Positions 10,492-20,294 of a stretch of DNA of 64,000 nt are shown piece after piece. The position numbers and the translations under genes were made by a program. The notes under the pieces are model-generated. The model was not told the origin of the DNA, did not search any database, and saw only the letters and a program-made list of their open reading frames with translations. The stretch comes from Candidatus Caldarchaeales archaeon (GTDB lineage Archaea > Thermoproteota > Nitrososphaeria_A > Caldarchaeales > Calditenuaceae), in NCBI GenBank assembly GCA_039630085.1, contig JBCNVM010000001.1:192001-256000 (forward strand). The letters are read 5' to 3'. The stretch's first letter is position 1, and every line of letters starts with the position of its first letter.

Positions 10492-10979
10492 TGCCCCTCA
10501 CGGTCCAGGCGGTCGAGATCGCGCTCCTCTCGCTCGGGCTCTCGCTGGCCTCCTCGCTCCTCAGGAGGTTCACCTTCTCCAAGGAGGACATGATGCTGAT
10601 GGCCGAGGCACAGAGGTTCCAGAGGGAGATGCTGAGGGCGGTTAGGGAGAGGGACTCGAAGGCCCTGAGCAGGCTCGAGAAGCAGAAGGACTACTACCAG
10701 AGAGTCCAAGGTCGGCTGATGGGGAAGAACCTGGCGCTGATGCTCGCGTCGATGGCGCTCTACCTTGGGTTCTTCAGCTGGGCCGCGGGCCACTACGGCG
10801 AGGCCAGAGTCCTGAGGGTCCCCGAGGGCTTCGCGATCCCCCTGCTCACCGTCGACGGCGGCATGACCTGGTTCGGTTGGTACCTCTTGACGGCCCTTGC
10901 CTTCGGCACCATGCTCAACAGGGTCATCAATCCTATGCCGGTCGTGGAGCAGCGCCCTCCGGCCAAGAGGCCCGACTGA
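10488..10979 (+). CDS. DUF106 / EMC3-TMCO1 (Oxa1 superfamily) membrane protein
   Basis: TM-coiled coil-TM-TM layout, W.GWYLL motif, conserved position after secY. Confidence 0.8.
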   Translation: MMPLTVQAVEIALLSLGLSLASSLLRRFTFSKEDMMLMAEAQRFQREMLRAVRERDSKALSRLEKQKDYYQRVQGRLMGKNLALMLASMALYLGFFSWAAGHYGEARVLRVPEGFAIPLLTVDGGMTWFGWYLLTALAFGTMLNRVINPMPVVEQRPPAKRPD

Positions 10980-11036
10980 CCGGTCCTCCGGGGCTGCGGT
11001 TAGACTTATCAGGCGTCGTTCTCCCCGGTCACGGCA

Positions 11037-12263
11037 TTGGAGTCGCTCGAGGCCGAGATAAGGCGGAACTCCAGGATACTGATGGCGCACCAAGCGATAA
11101 CTGCCCTCGCGATCCAGTCGGTGGTCTCGCTGGGCCCGCTCGCGATGTTCGAGATGACCCGGTCGCCGGTCCTCTCCGGTCTGGTCTCCGCGATCACCTG
11201 GGGAGGGAGGCTCTCGGTGGTCGTCCAGTCGGGCGTCCTGATGGACAGGCTCGGCAGGAGGAAGGTGCTCGCGGCCGGGACGCTTCCCGCGTTCCTCGGG
11301 ACGCTGGCCGTCTCCTGGGCCGCGCTCGCCGGCGACCCGGTGCTGATGGTCCTAGGCCTAGGGGCCTTCGGCGTCGGAGCAGGAATAGCGATGCAGAACA
11401 GGGTCGCGATGGCCGACATGTTCCCGCCACGTCGCAGGTCCTACGCGGTAGGAGTGCTATACACTGCCAGCGTCGTCGGCAGCCTGGCGGCTCCGGCAAT
11501 CACGTGGGCCGGGGAGTCCCTCGAGGGAGTGACCTCGTTGAGGCCCTACGTCTTCGTCTGGCTGGCCTGCGGGGCCCTAGTCCTCCTCTGCCTCCCGCTC
11601 GTCCTCGGCATGAGGGTCGACCCGAAGGAGATAGCCCGGACGGTCGAGGACGGACGCGGCGACTCCGGAGTACCGAACGGCGGTTCGTTGGAGGGCCCGG
11701 TTCACGTGTCGCCGCTGGTCGCGGTCTTCATCTCCTCCGCCGCCTCGCAGGGCAACATGGTCATGATGATGGGCCTCTCCTCTCTGTACCTCTTCGACCT
11801 CGGCTACTCCCAGACGCTGGTCTCCCTGGCCGTGACCGTGCACGTAATCGGAATGTTCGGCTTCTCGACGCTGCTCGGCCGACTCTCGGACTCCGTGGGC
11901 AGGAGACCGGTCTTGGCTGCGGGGCTAGTCGTCTCGGGGCTCGGCTCGCTCGCGATCCCCCTCACGGCGGACCACCTGGTCGTGGACCTGGGAATGTTCC
12001 TCATCGGGCTGGGATGGAGCGCGGTCGTCGTCTCCTCGACGGCGCTGATACCGGAGCTGGTCCCGTTGGGCGTGAGGGGCAGGTACTTCGGCCTGAACGA
12101 CGTCGTCATGGGTTTCAGCTCGCTCGCGCTGCCCCTTCTCGGCGGCGCGGTGGTCACCTCCCAAGGCTTCCTCCAGCTCGGGCTTCTGGGACTGGCCGCG
12201 TCCCTCGCGCCGCTGCCGCTGCTCTCGCAGAGGGCGGGGCTCTTCAGGGACATCCGCAAGTAA
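11037..12263 (+). CDS. MFS transporter
   Basis: ~12 TM; G.LMDRLGRR and GRLSDSVGRR motif A repeats. Confidence 0.92.
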   Translation: MESLEAEIRRNSRILMAHQAITALAIQSVVSLGPLAMFEMTRSPVLSGLVSAITWGGRLSVVVQSGVLMDRLGRRKVLAAGTLPAFLGTLAVSWAALAGDPVLMVLGLGAFGVGAGIAMQNRVAMADMFPPRRRSYAVGVLYTASVVGSLAAPAITWAGESLEGVTSLRPYVFVWLACGALVLLCLPLVLGMRVDPKEIARTVEDGRGDSGVPNGGSLEGPVHVSPLVAVFISSAASQGNMVMMMGLSSLYLFDLGYSQTLVSLAVTVHVIGMFGFSTLLGRLSDSVGRRPVLAAGLVVSGLGSLAIPLTADHLVVDLGMFLIGLGWSAVVVSSTALIPELVPLGVRGRYFGLNDVVMGFSSLALPLLGGAVVTSQGFLQLGLLGLAASLAPLPLLSQRAGLFRDIRK

Positions 12264-12299
12264 ATTAGGCGGTCGTGTCCGACGGCAGCCCGAGGGAGG

Positions 12300-12587
12300 A
12301 TGCCGACGAGGGCTCTCCGGACGAGGTCGATCAGGAGGGTCAAGGTGAGGACGCCTGCGGGGAGGACCGCGGTCCACTACGAGCCGAAGAGGCCGAAACC
12401 GAGGAGGTGCGGGAGGTGCGGCAGGCCGATAGCCGGAGTCCCGCGGGACGACGTCAGGCCGATCCCGAAGTCCCAGAAGAGGGTGTCGAGGTACCACGGC
12501 GGCAACGTCTGCCACGAGTGCCTCGAGAGGAGGATCGAGGAGGCGGTCGCGGCGGAGTGGGGCCCGTCGGTCACCGGGTCGACCTGA
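12300..12587 (+). CDS. rpl34e: 50S ribosomal protein eL34
   Basis: RTPAG..HY, CGRCG..I.GVP, KSQKR..R..GG..C..C. Confidence 0.95.
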   Translation: MPTRALRTRSIRRVKVRTPAGRTAVHYEPKRPKPRRCGRCGRPIAGVPRDDVRPIPKSQKRVSRYHGGNVCHECLERRIEEAVAAEWGPSVTGST

Positions 12588-13152
12588 CGTAGGACCTGAC
12601 CGCGGTCAGTGCGATCCTCAGCACGTCCTCCTTCGAGAGGTCGGTCGTGTCCAGGACCAAGTGGAAGGGCTCGAGGTCCTCCCCCCACCTTATCCCGTAG
12701 ATCTCCCGGTAGAGCGTCCTGTTCCTCTCCTCCCTCTCCCTCAGCACCCTCAGCGCATCCTCGTAGGGCATCCTGCCCCTCCTCGCGAGCCTTTTGGCCC
12801 TCACCTCCAGCGACGCCTTCAGCCAGATCTTGTAGCCCTCGTCCATCAGCCAGGGCAGGACCCAGCTGTCGATGACCGCGGGCCGCTCCTCCGCGATCCT
12901 CATCAGCTCCTGGTCGACCATCCTGTCGAAATCGAAGTTCGCCTCCCTCTCCGCGAGGAACTTCATCCCCTCGGGAGTGTCCCACCACTTCCTCCCCTTC
13001 GCGTCGTAGCCCATCCTCCTCGCCAGCCTCATCAGCGCGTCCCCGCCCGAGTAGTACCTGACGCCGAGCCTCCTCGCGAGGGCCTTCCCGAGCGTGCTCT
13101 TCCCGGTAGCCGCCTGTCCGCTGATCAGGACGACCACCTTCGCCCCCGCCAC
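12571..13152 (-). CDS. cmk: Cytidylate kinase (archaeal type)
   Basis: P-loop SGQAATGKST, YYSGGD.L, D..VD..L, KIWLKAS.EVRAKR, Y...YGI. Confidence 0.9.
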   Translation of the reverse strand: MAGAKVVVLISGQAATGKSTLGKALARRLGVRYYSGGDALMRLARRMGYDAKGRKWWDTPEGMKFLAEREANFDFDRMVDQELMRIAEERPAVIDSWVLPWLMDEGYKIWLKASLEVRAKRLARRGRMPYEDALRVLREREERNRTLYREIYGIRWGEDLEPFHLVLDTTDLSKEDVLRIALTAVRSYVRSTR

Positions 13153-13173
13153 GCCGTCCGGTCCTCGAGCCTT

Positions 13174-14076
13174 CTAAAATGGGTCGCGGCCGGCCCTCTC
13201 TAGTATCGACTCGACCCCGGCCCTCAGCCTCGAGAGCTCCTCCTCCCTCAGCGGCCTCACCGGCTCCGGTGAGGGCCCCAGGTCGATCCCCCTGAGCCTG
13301 AGCGCGGACCTCTGCGTCTCCATCTCGAGCCCTATCGAGTCGAAGAGGCTCGAGGCCTCGTTGATCAGCTCCTGGAGCTCGAGGGCCCTCTCCGCGTCTC
13401 CCCGCCTCACCGCTCCGTGCAGCTCGACCGCGAGCTCCGGGAAGACCGACGAGAGCCCGCTGACGACGCACCTCGCGCCGATGGAGAACGCGAAGAGCAT
13501 CAGCCTGTCGGCCCCGATCGCCACCATCTTCCTCCCCCTGAACCTCCTCACCAGGGAGACCGCGATCGCCGGGTCGCCGCTGCTGTCCTTGATCCCCTGG
13601 ACGTTCGCGACATCCTCAAGGATGGAGGCCAGCGTCCCCGGCGCGACGGAGTAGCCCTGCCTCGAGGGTATGTTGTAGAGGAGCACCGGTATCCCCGAGA
13701 GCTCCGCGAGCCTCCTGTAGTACCTCGTCAGGGTCTCGGCGTCGGGCCTGTAGTAGAAGGGCGCGACCGCGGCCGCGGCGGAGGCGCCGATGTCGTTCGC
13801 GTGCCTGAGTAGCGCCACGACCGCGTCCATGTCGGAGGACCCCACGTGGACGACCGCGAGCTCTCCGGACCTGACAGACTCGACCGCCTTCTCCGCGACC
13901 CTCATCCGGTGCTCGACGCCGTGCCTCGGGCCCTCCCCCCACGTGCCCAAGACGAAGAAGCCCCTGACCCCGGCCCTCCTGAGGAAGTCGTAGTACTCCG
14001 GGAGCCTGTCGAGGTAGCCCCTCGACGGCGTCAGCGCCGCAGCTATCACGCCCTCGAAGGAGGCCAGACCGGCCAC
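13174..14076 (-). CDS. DapA-family (dihydrodipicolinate synthase/KDG aldolase-like) aldolase
   Basis: GTWGE, APFYY, LYNIP..G, Schiff-base IKDSSGD. Confidence 0.88.
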   Translation of the reverse strand: MAGLASFEGVIAAALTPSRGYLDRLPEYYDFLRRAGVRGFFVLGTWGEGPRHGVEHRMRVAEKAVESVRSGELAVVHVGSSDMDAVVALLRHANDIGASAAAAVAPFYYRPDAETLTRYYRRLAELSGIPVLLYNIPSRQGYSVAPGTLASILEDVANVQGIKDSSGDPAIAVSLVRRFRGRKMVAIGADRLMLFAFSIGARCVVSGLSSVFPELAVELHGAVRRGDAERALELQELINEASSLFDSIGLEMETQRSALRLRGIDLGPSPEPVRPLREEELSRLRAGVESILERAGRDPF

Positions 14077-14136
14077 AGATGTCGGCCGCTGCCTGGCCCT
14101 ATTTGTCTTTCCTGCGAGGCCCGAGCCCGTCGACCT

Positions 14137-14931
14137 TCAGAACGCCCTCCTCCTCAGGGACCTCTCGGTCAGAGCGAGCGCCAGCAGTCCCAGCGCGAGC
14201 AGCGAGGCGACGGAAGCAGAAGACGTCAGGGCGAGCTCCGCGTCGGTCAGCGGGAGGGATGCGGTCCCTACGACGGCCCTCCTGAGGGCCTCGAAGGGGT
14301 GGGCGAAGGGCGAGAGGATGACCGCGGACCTGAACCGGTCGGGGAAGAGCTCAGGTGGTATCATCCCGGAGGTCGCCGGGAGGACGAACTGGAGCGCGTT
14401 GATCACGACCCACGCGTGCCTCATCCTGAGGAAGACCGAGCCGACCGTCATCGAGAGCGCCACTAGGGCCAAGTGGAGCGCGAGGAACGCCGCGAGGGTC
14501 CGGATCGGGTCGACCGCGGATGGAGGGAACCCCAGGAGCGACGACATCGCCGCGTAGGAGGCGGCCATCGCGGGAGCCGTGAAGAGCGCGGAGACCAATC
14601 CCCTGGAGACCATCATGACGGGGAGGCGGCCGTTGGAGAGGACGCAGGCGTGGAGCGTCCCCTCGTCCCTCGCCTGGACCAAGAAGCTGCCGACGTTCCA
14701 GAGGACCGTAGAGGCGACGACGAAGTAGCCCGCGCCGAGCGCCAAGGCCCTGGCCTGGGAGACGTCCGAGATCACGGAGGGCGAGTGGATCGCGAAGGTC
14801 AGCCCTATCCCGATCGCCCAGACTGGAGACGAGAGCATCCCGACGAGCATCCACGTCGACCTCCTGTTGGTGATCGAGAAGGCCCAGAGGAAGGCCTTCA
14901 GCTCACTCGGTAACGACCTCGTACCTGCCAC
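14137..14931 (-). CDS. ABC-2 type exporter permease
   Basis: R.EGTL, SG...P...P, P.AH..EALR. Confidence 0.8.
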   Translation of the reverse strand: MAGTRSLPSELKAFLWAFSITNRRSTWMLVGMLSSPVWAIGIGLTFAIHSPSVISDVSQARALALGAGYFVVASTVLWNVGSFLVQARDEGTLHACVLSNGRLPVMMVSRGLVSALFTAPAMAASYAAMSSLLGFPPSAVDPIRTLAAFLALHLALVALSMTVGSVFLRMRHAWVVINALQFVLPATSGMIPPELFPDRFRSAVILSPFAHPFEALRRAVVGTASLPLTDAELALTSSASVASLLALGLLALALTERSLRRRAF

Positions 14932-15715
14932 CCCTCCTCACGCTCCGCTCGAGCCTGCTGTAAAGCACGTAGGAGAAGGCGCTGTAGGCCAGCACGACCG
15001 CCGCGAACGGCAACAGCCTCGAGGGCTCCATCATCCCCAAGAGGACCGCTCCCCTCACGACCTCCGCGACGTGGGTCTGGGGCAGCAGCGTCGCCAGTGC
15101 TTGGACGACCGCGGGGAACACGGTGAGCGGGTAGGCGACGCCGGTGAATGTGTAGACGATCGAGGAGACCAGGTCTATCAGGGCCTCGGTCCTCAGGAGG
15201 AGCACGACCACCGCGACCACCACCGCGAAGAGGAAGATCGGGACCAGACCCAGGACCAGGACGAGCATCGCGGGGAGGAAGTGGGGGAGCGCGTCCGGCG
15301 CCCTGGCCTGAACGAACGGCACGGTGACCGCGACGTAGTAGAAGAGCGACATCAGTGTCGTGATGACGAACCTCCCCGCCACGACGACCCTGAAGTCCGT
15401 GGAGGTGGTCTGGAGCTGCTCGAGCTTCCCGCCCCTCCCCAGCTCTATCACGAACTGACCTATCGCCCAGCTCATCCCTATGCTCAGGAAGAGGATCGGC
15501 ATCCCCGCGACCTGGTAGAGGACCGAGTCGCCGTAGCCTGCGAGCCGCGCGAACTCCTGCTCCTCCCTCCTCAGGGCCGACCCGATGACGAAGAAGAGCG
15601 CCTGGAAGGACCCCATGACCAGCAGCATCAGAGGGAGCTCTCCGGACCTGGCCATCGTCTTCAGGTCGGCCTCCACGACCGCGGCGAACGGCCTGAGCGC
15701 CCTAGCCGCCCGCAC
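14903..15715 (-). CDS. ABC-2 type exporter permease
   Basis: G.LEQL, TGVAYPLTVFP...Q......PQTH..E..R. Confidence 0.8.
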   Translation of the reverse strand: MRAARALRPFAAVVEADLKTMARSGELPLMLLVMGSFQALFFVIGSALRREEQEFARLAGYGDSVLYQVAGMPILFLSIGMSWAIGQFVIELGRGGKLEQLQTTSTDFRVVVAGRFVITTLMSLFYYVAVTVPFVQARAPDALPHFLPAMLVLVLGLVPIFLFAVVVAVVVLLLRTEALIDLVSSIVYTFTGVAYPLTVFPAVVQALATLLPQTHVAEVVRGAVLLGMMEPSRLLPFAAVVLAYSAFSYVLYSRLERSVRRGGRYEVVTE

Positions 15716-16664
15716 CTCCCACCGCCCTCACGAAGGCCTCCTCCAAGGTCGGCTCCCTGACGGTCACGGAGCGCACCATGACCGACCTGCTCCTCAGCTC
15801 CGAGACGATCGTCGGTATCAGCTCGGCAGGGTCGGCGTCGACGGCGATCTTCAGCACCGAGTTCCCCCTCTCGCTGACCGAGGCCTCGGCATGCCAGGGA
15901 AGCCCCTCGAGGGCCAGATCCCCCTCCACCTCCAGCTCCACGTACCACTTCAGCCCGAAGGCCCTCTTCACCTCTGCCGGGGGACCGAGCGCGACCAGCC
16001 TCCCCCTGTTGATGACCGCGACCTCGTCGCAGACCTGTTCCACCTCCCAGAGGTTGTGTGATGTTACCAGCAGCGCCTTCCCCTCCCTCCCGAGCCTCCT
16101 CAGCATCGACCTCACCTCCCTCGCGGAGATCGGGTCGAGCCCGCTCGTGGGCTCGTCGAAGATCAGGACCTCCGGGTCGTGTATCAGGGCCCTGCAGATC
16201 GCGAGCCTCGCCCTCATGCCCTTCGAGAAGCCCTCGACCAGTCTGTCCTCGGAGCCCTCGAGCCCCATCTCCCTCAGGAGCTTCAGGCCCCTCGACCTGG
16301 CCTCGGACCTCGGGAGGCCCTGGAGCATCCCGTAGAAGGTGAGGTTCTCGAGCGCGGTCAGCCTGAGGAAGTGGCCCCTGTCGGGGTCCAGGACCACTCC
16401 TATCCTCTCCCTCACCCTCCTCGGCTCCCTGATCGCGTCGTGCCCCGCGACCGTGACCTCGCCCTCGTCGGGGAGGACTAGCGTGCTGACTATCCTGACC
16501 GTCGTGGTCTTCCCGGCTCCGTTGGGCCCCAGCAGCCCGAAGACCCTGCCGTATCCGACCTCGAAGGAGAGGCCGTCCAGCGCCCTGACCTCCCTGTCCC
16601 TCCTAAGCAGCCCTCCCTCCCTGTAGGTCTTCACGAGCCCCCTCGCCGAGATCGCGACCTCCAT
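15702..16664 (-). CDS. ABC-2 type exporter ATP-binding protein
   Basis: GPNGAGKTT, FSKGM, DEPTSGLD, C-terminal EPTLEEAF. Confidence 0.93.
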   Translation of the reverse strand: MEVAISARGLVKTYREGGLLRRDREVRALDGLSFEVGYGRVFGLLGPNGAGKTTTVRIVSTLVLPDEGEVTVAGHDAIREPRRVRERIGVVLDPDRGHFLRLTALENLTFYGMLQGLPRSEARSRGLKLLREMGLEGSEDRLVEGFSKGMRARLAICRALIHDPEVLIFDEPTSGLDPISAREVRSMLRRLGREGKALLVTSHNLWEVEQVCDEVAVINRGRLVALGPPAEVKRAFGLKWYVELEVEGDLALEGLPWHAEASVSERGNSVLKIAVDADPAELIPTIVSELRSRSVMVRSVTVREPTLEEAFVRAVGGAGG

Positions 16665-16746
16665 CCGCGCTCGGTCGCTCCGCGGCGAATATCAACCCTC
16701 GGGAGTCCGGCAACCCTAGATAGTCGGCGCTCCAGAGCTCCGGCGC

Positions 16747-17388
16747 TTGGGGACGGAGGACCTGCTCATGGCCCTGGGGATCGAGGAGGGCGTCGTCTAC
16801 GAGTTCGTCTGCACGACCTTCTCCCCCGACGGCTCGCCTCACGCCTCCGCGATGGGCTGCACGTTCCTCAGGGACTCAGGAGGGCTCTCGACTGCCTCGA
16901 AGCTCTCGAGGGCCAGCAGGACCGCCGCGAACGTCCTCGCGAGGAGGTGCTTCGCCCTGAACGTCGTCCACCCGGAGGCCGTCGTGGAGGCCGCGCTGGA
17001 CTTGGGCGTCCTAGAGATGGAGTTCGAGGCCGCCGAGTCGGTCGACGCCCCGAGGCTCAGGGGCGCCGCGGCCGTGATCGAGTGCTCCGTCGTCGATGTC
17101 TCCGAGGACAACGACTGGTTCCACGTCCGCTCCAGACCTGTGCGCGTCTCGGTCCTGGGATCCCTGCTGAGGCCCTTCTCGAGGGGGCACGCGGCCCTGC
17201 TCGAGGCCGCGGTCCACGCCTCGAGGATACGGGTCTACGAGGGGCTCGGCGAGCCGGAGAAGGCGGGGGAGCTGAGATCCAGGGTCTCCGCACTCCTGGA
17301 GAGCGCGGTGAGGCTGGCGCCCACGCCGACGGTCGTCGCCCAGAGCAGGGCCATCAGGTCGAGGTACCTCCGGATCCAAGGGCCCTGA
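16747..17388 (+). CDS. DUF447 family (flavin-reductase-like) protein
   Basis: YE...TT...G.P.AS.MG, S.T..N, R....LLEAAVHASR. Confidence 0.75.
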   Translation: MGTEDLLMALGIEEGVVYEFVCTTFSPDGSPHASAMGCTFLRDSGGLSTASKLSRASRTAANVLARRCFALNVVHPEAVVEAALDLGVLEMEFEAAESVDAPRLRGAAAVIECSVVDVSEDNDWFHVRSRPVRVSVLGSLLRPFSRGHAALLEAAVHASRIRVYEGLGEPEKAGELRSRVSALLESAVRLAPTPTVVAQSRAIRSRYLRIQGP

Positions 17389-17435
17389 CGCGGTCTCGGG
17401 ATATGCACAAATAGCTTCCGGGGCGTCGAGCGTCC

Positions 17436-18218
17436 GTGGTGACTCTGGCTGAACTGCTCCCGCGGTGCGGTCTCGTCGTCCGCGGACCTGCGGCCCGTTC
17501 GCTCGAGGGGTTCGAGGTCCCCGTGGGCTTCGTCGGGCCTCCCGAGTCGGACTTGGTCGTCCCCGGCGATCTCAGGGAACCGGCGCTCTACCTCATCGGC
17601 CGTCAGGCGCTGGTCGAGTCCCACGAGGTCGTCCTCGCGCTGGGCCTGGGGCTGAGGGAGCTCGCGGAGCTGGACGCCCGGCACGCGGCGGTGCTGGTCC
17701 GCTTCGTCGGTCCCGAGGGCCTCGAAGCTCAGGTCGGAGGGCTCGGAGGCCCCTGGCAGGTCGAGGGCGGAGCGGCTTCGGCCGTTCTACTCGCCTTCGC
17801 GAAGCTCGCGTCCCTTATGTGCTCCGAGGTCCTGAGCGAGTCGGGGGTGAGGTCCGAGGCCCTGAGCAGGGTCGCGAGGGAGGAGTCGGAGTCGATCGAG
17901 GCCCTCATCGGGTCCGTCGGCAGGTCGCTGGTCGGGTCCGCCCAAGCCGGACTCTTCGGCGCGCTGCAGGGCCTGAGGCCGCTTCTCGAGCGGTGGTTCC
18001 TGGTCGAGGGGGAGGCGAACAGGGCCGCTTCTGTCCTGCTGGGAGGCGGGACTTCCGAGGACTCCGTCGAGCTCGGGTCGGGAAGGCTCGCCTCGATCCA
18101 GGAGGAGTTCCACCTGAGGAGGGTCAACGCGCTCCGGTCGATGGGCCTGGACCTGCTCGAGGCCCAGAAAATCGCCGAGCTGCCCGGGGGCACCGTCAAG
18201 CCGGGCTGGGGGTGCTGA
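17436..18218 (+). CDS. Hypothetical protein
   Basis: 260-aa ORF filling the gap between two co-oriented genes with host-like codon usage; no recognised motif. Confidence 0.45.
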   Translation: MVTLAELLPRCGLVVRGPAARSLEGFEVPVGFVGPPESDLVVPGDLREPALYLIGRQALVESHEVVLALGLGLRELAELDARHAAVLVRFVGPEGLEAQVGGLGGPWQVEGGAASAVLLAFAKLASLMCSEVLSESGVRSEALSRVAREESESIEALIGSVGRSLVGSAQAGLFGALQGLRPLLERWFLVEGEANRAASVLLGGGTSEDSVELGSGRLASIQEEFHLRRVNALRSMGLDLLEAQKIAELPGGTVKPGWGC

Positions 18219-18269
18219 TCCCGGGACGTCGCGGAGCAGATTAATCTGGGCGCGATCGCTCTCCGGAGC

Positions 18270-19022
18270 GTGTCAGTCCAGCAGGACCCGAAGGAAGTCG
18301 CCGACCATCTGATCGTGACCATCGCCGATCGCATCGCCGACGGGTTCAAGGTCGTCACCGGGCTCAACTCCCACGTCCCGCTCCTCGCGATCGCGGTCGC
18401 GAAGGTCGTCCACGGGAAGAGGGTAAGCCTCTACACGGTCGCGGAGGCCTACGACCCGGACCTCGAGAGGGTCAAGCTAAGGCCCTCGACGGGCGATCCG
18501 GCGCTCGCGGAGGACGCGACAGTCATCCCGATGGTCGAGACCTTCGACCTCGTCCAGAAGGGCCTGATCGACGTGATGTTCCTCGGGCCTGTCCAGATCG
18601 ACGCGGAGACCAACATCAACCTCTCGGTGATAGGGAGCTACCGGCGCCCGAAGGTCAGGCTCCCGGGCGGTGCGGCTTCGGCGTTCATCGTGCCGCTCGT
18701 CAAGAGGGTTTACTTCTGGAGAACGAGGCACACGTCGAGGGACCTCGTCAGGCGGGTCGACTTCGTCACCGCGACCGCGAAGCACTCCGACAACGAGGTC
18801 TACCTCTTCACCAACCTCTGCGTCCTCAGGTACAACAGGGAGAGGTCGATGTGGGAGCTGGAGGCCCGTCACCCCTGGGCCGGGAGGGACCTCATAGCCT
18901 CGAACACCGGCTTCGAGCTCCTCGTCCAAGACGACCGCGTCACGAGACCGCCCTCCCGGGAGGAGAGGGAGCTGATCAGGGCCCTCGACCCGAACGACCT
19001 GCGGGTGAAGGCCTTCCTCTGA
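18270..19022 (+). CDS. CoA-transferase beta subunit (glutaconate CoA-transferase B-like)
   Basis: FLG.VQID...NINLSVIG.Y..PKVRLPGG, V.RVDFVT, TNLCV, NTGF.L. Confidence 0.85.
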   Translation: MSVQQDPKEVADHLIVTIADRIADGFKVVTGLNSHVPLLAIAVAKVVHGKRVSLYTVAEAYDPDLERVKLRPSTGDPALAEDATVIPMVETFDLVQKGLIDVMFLGPVQIDAETNINLSVIGSYRRPKVRLPGGAASAFIVPLVKRVYFWRTRHTSRDLVRRVDFVTATAKHSDNEVYLFTNLCVLRYNRERSMWELEARHPWAGRDLIASNTGFELLVQDDRVTRPPSREERELIRALDPNDLRVKAFL

Positions 19023-19079
19023 CCGAGGATCGCCGTTTCGCGCAAAGGCTTTAGGCGGCTGGCTGACGTCTTTCGCCCG

Positions 19080-20240
19080 ATGCCGAAGGAGACCTTAGTG
19101 ACCAGCGTCGTCGGGAGCTGGCCGAGGCCCAGCTGGCTTCTCTCGGAGCTGAGGAGGAAGAACAGGGGCGAGGTGACCTACGAGCGGTTCAGCGAGGCCG
19201 CCGACGAGGCCGTGCTCCTGGCCGTGAAGTACCAAGAGGACGCCGGGATAGACGTGGTGACCGACGGCGAGCAGAGGCGCGACAACTTCTACTCCTTCGT
19301 GGCCGACAAGCTGGAGGGCATCAAGCTCGTGTCGGTCGCGGAGCTGATGGACTTCGTCCAAGACAAGAGGAGGTTCGAGGAGGTCCTGAGCAGGCTCGAC
19401 GTCCCCGCCTTCGCGATCAAGAGCCCGGTCGTCGTGGGGCCCATCAGGAAGAGGAGGCCCTTGGCCCTGGACGAGCTCGAGTTCCTCAGGGAGCACACCC
19501 GCAGGAGGATCAAGGTCCCGCTTCCCGGACCTTATATGCTGACGAGGGCCAGCTGGGTCGAGCCGCTCAGCAGGAACGCCTACTGGTCGAGGGAGGACCT
19601 CGCGACCGAGTACGTCAGGCTCCTCAGGGAGGAGATCGTCAGGCTCGCGGAGGCCGGCGCGTCGTTCGTCCAGCTCGACGAGCCCACGCTGATGGAGGTC
19701 GTTTACGGAGAGGCCTCGCAGCAGACGTTCATGTGCGCCGCGATAATGGCCAAGGTCGACCCGAAGGAGGAGCTGGAGTTCGCGACCGAGCTGATCAACA
19801 GGACCGTGAAGGGTGTGACCGGCGTGAAGGTCGGGATCCACGTCTGCAGGGGCAACTGGACGAGGTCCGAGGAGTCACTGCTCTCCGGCGACTACTCGCC
19901 GCTGATACCGTACTTCCAGGAGATGAAGGTCGACCAGTTCGTGCTGGAGTTCGCCACCTCCAGGGCCGGCGAGGTCAGGGTCTTCGCCGACGCCTCCGGG
20001 ATCAGGGAGCTGGGGCTCGGAGTCGTCAACCCGAGGACCGACGAGGTCGAGCCCACCGAGTCCATAAGGGCCAGGGTCCGCGAGGCGCTGAACTACTTCG
20101 ACCCCGAGAGGATCTACCTCAACCCCGACTGCGGCTTCGGGACGTTCGCCGAGTCGCCCGTCAACAGGGCTCCGGTCGCGTACAGGAAGCTGAAGTCGAT
20201 GGTGAGGGCCGCGGAGGAGCTGAGGAAGGAGTACGCCTGA
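19080..20240 (+). CDS. Cobalamin-independent methionine synthase II family (MetE catalytic-domain only)
   Basis: VVGSWPRP, TDGEQRR, VQLDEP, Zn ligands HVCRGN, LEF, NPDCGFG. Confidence 0.92.
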   Translation: MPKETLVTSVVGSWPRPSWLLSELRRKNRGEVTYERFSEAADEAVLLAVKYQEDAGIDVVTDGEQRRDNFYSFVADKLEGIKLVSVAELMDFVQDKRRFEEVLSRLDVPAFAIKSPVVVGPIRKRRPLALDELEFLREHTRRRIKVPLPGPYMLTRASWVEPLSRNAYWSREDLATEYVRLLREEIVRLAEAGASFVQLDEPTLMEVVYGEASQQTFMCAAIMAKVDPKEELEFATELINRTVKGVTGVKVGIHVCRGNWTRSEESLLSGDYSPLIPYFQEMKVDQFVLEFATSRAGEVRVFADASGIRELGLGVVNPRTDEVEPTESIRARVREALNYFDPERIYLNPDCGFGTFAESPVNRAPVAYRKLKSMVRAAEELRKEYA

Positions 20241-20294
20241 GGCGCGTAGACGCATCGTACGTCAGCACTATATAACCAGTCCGAGTTCTGGTCG

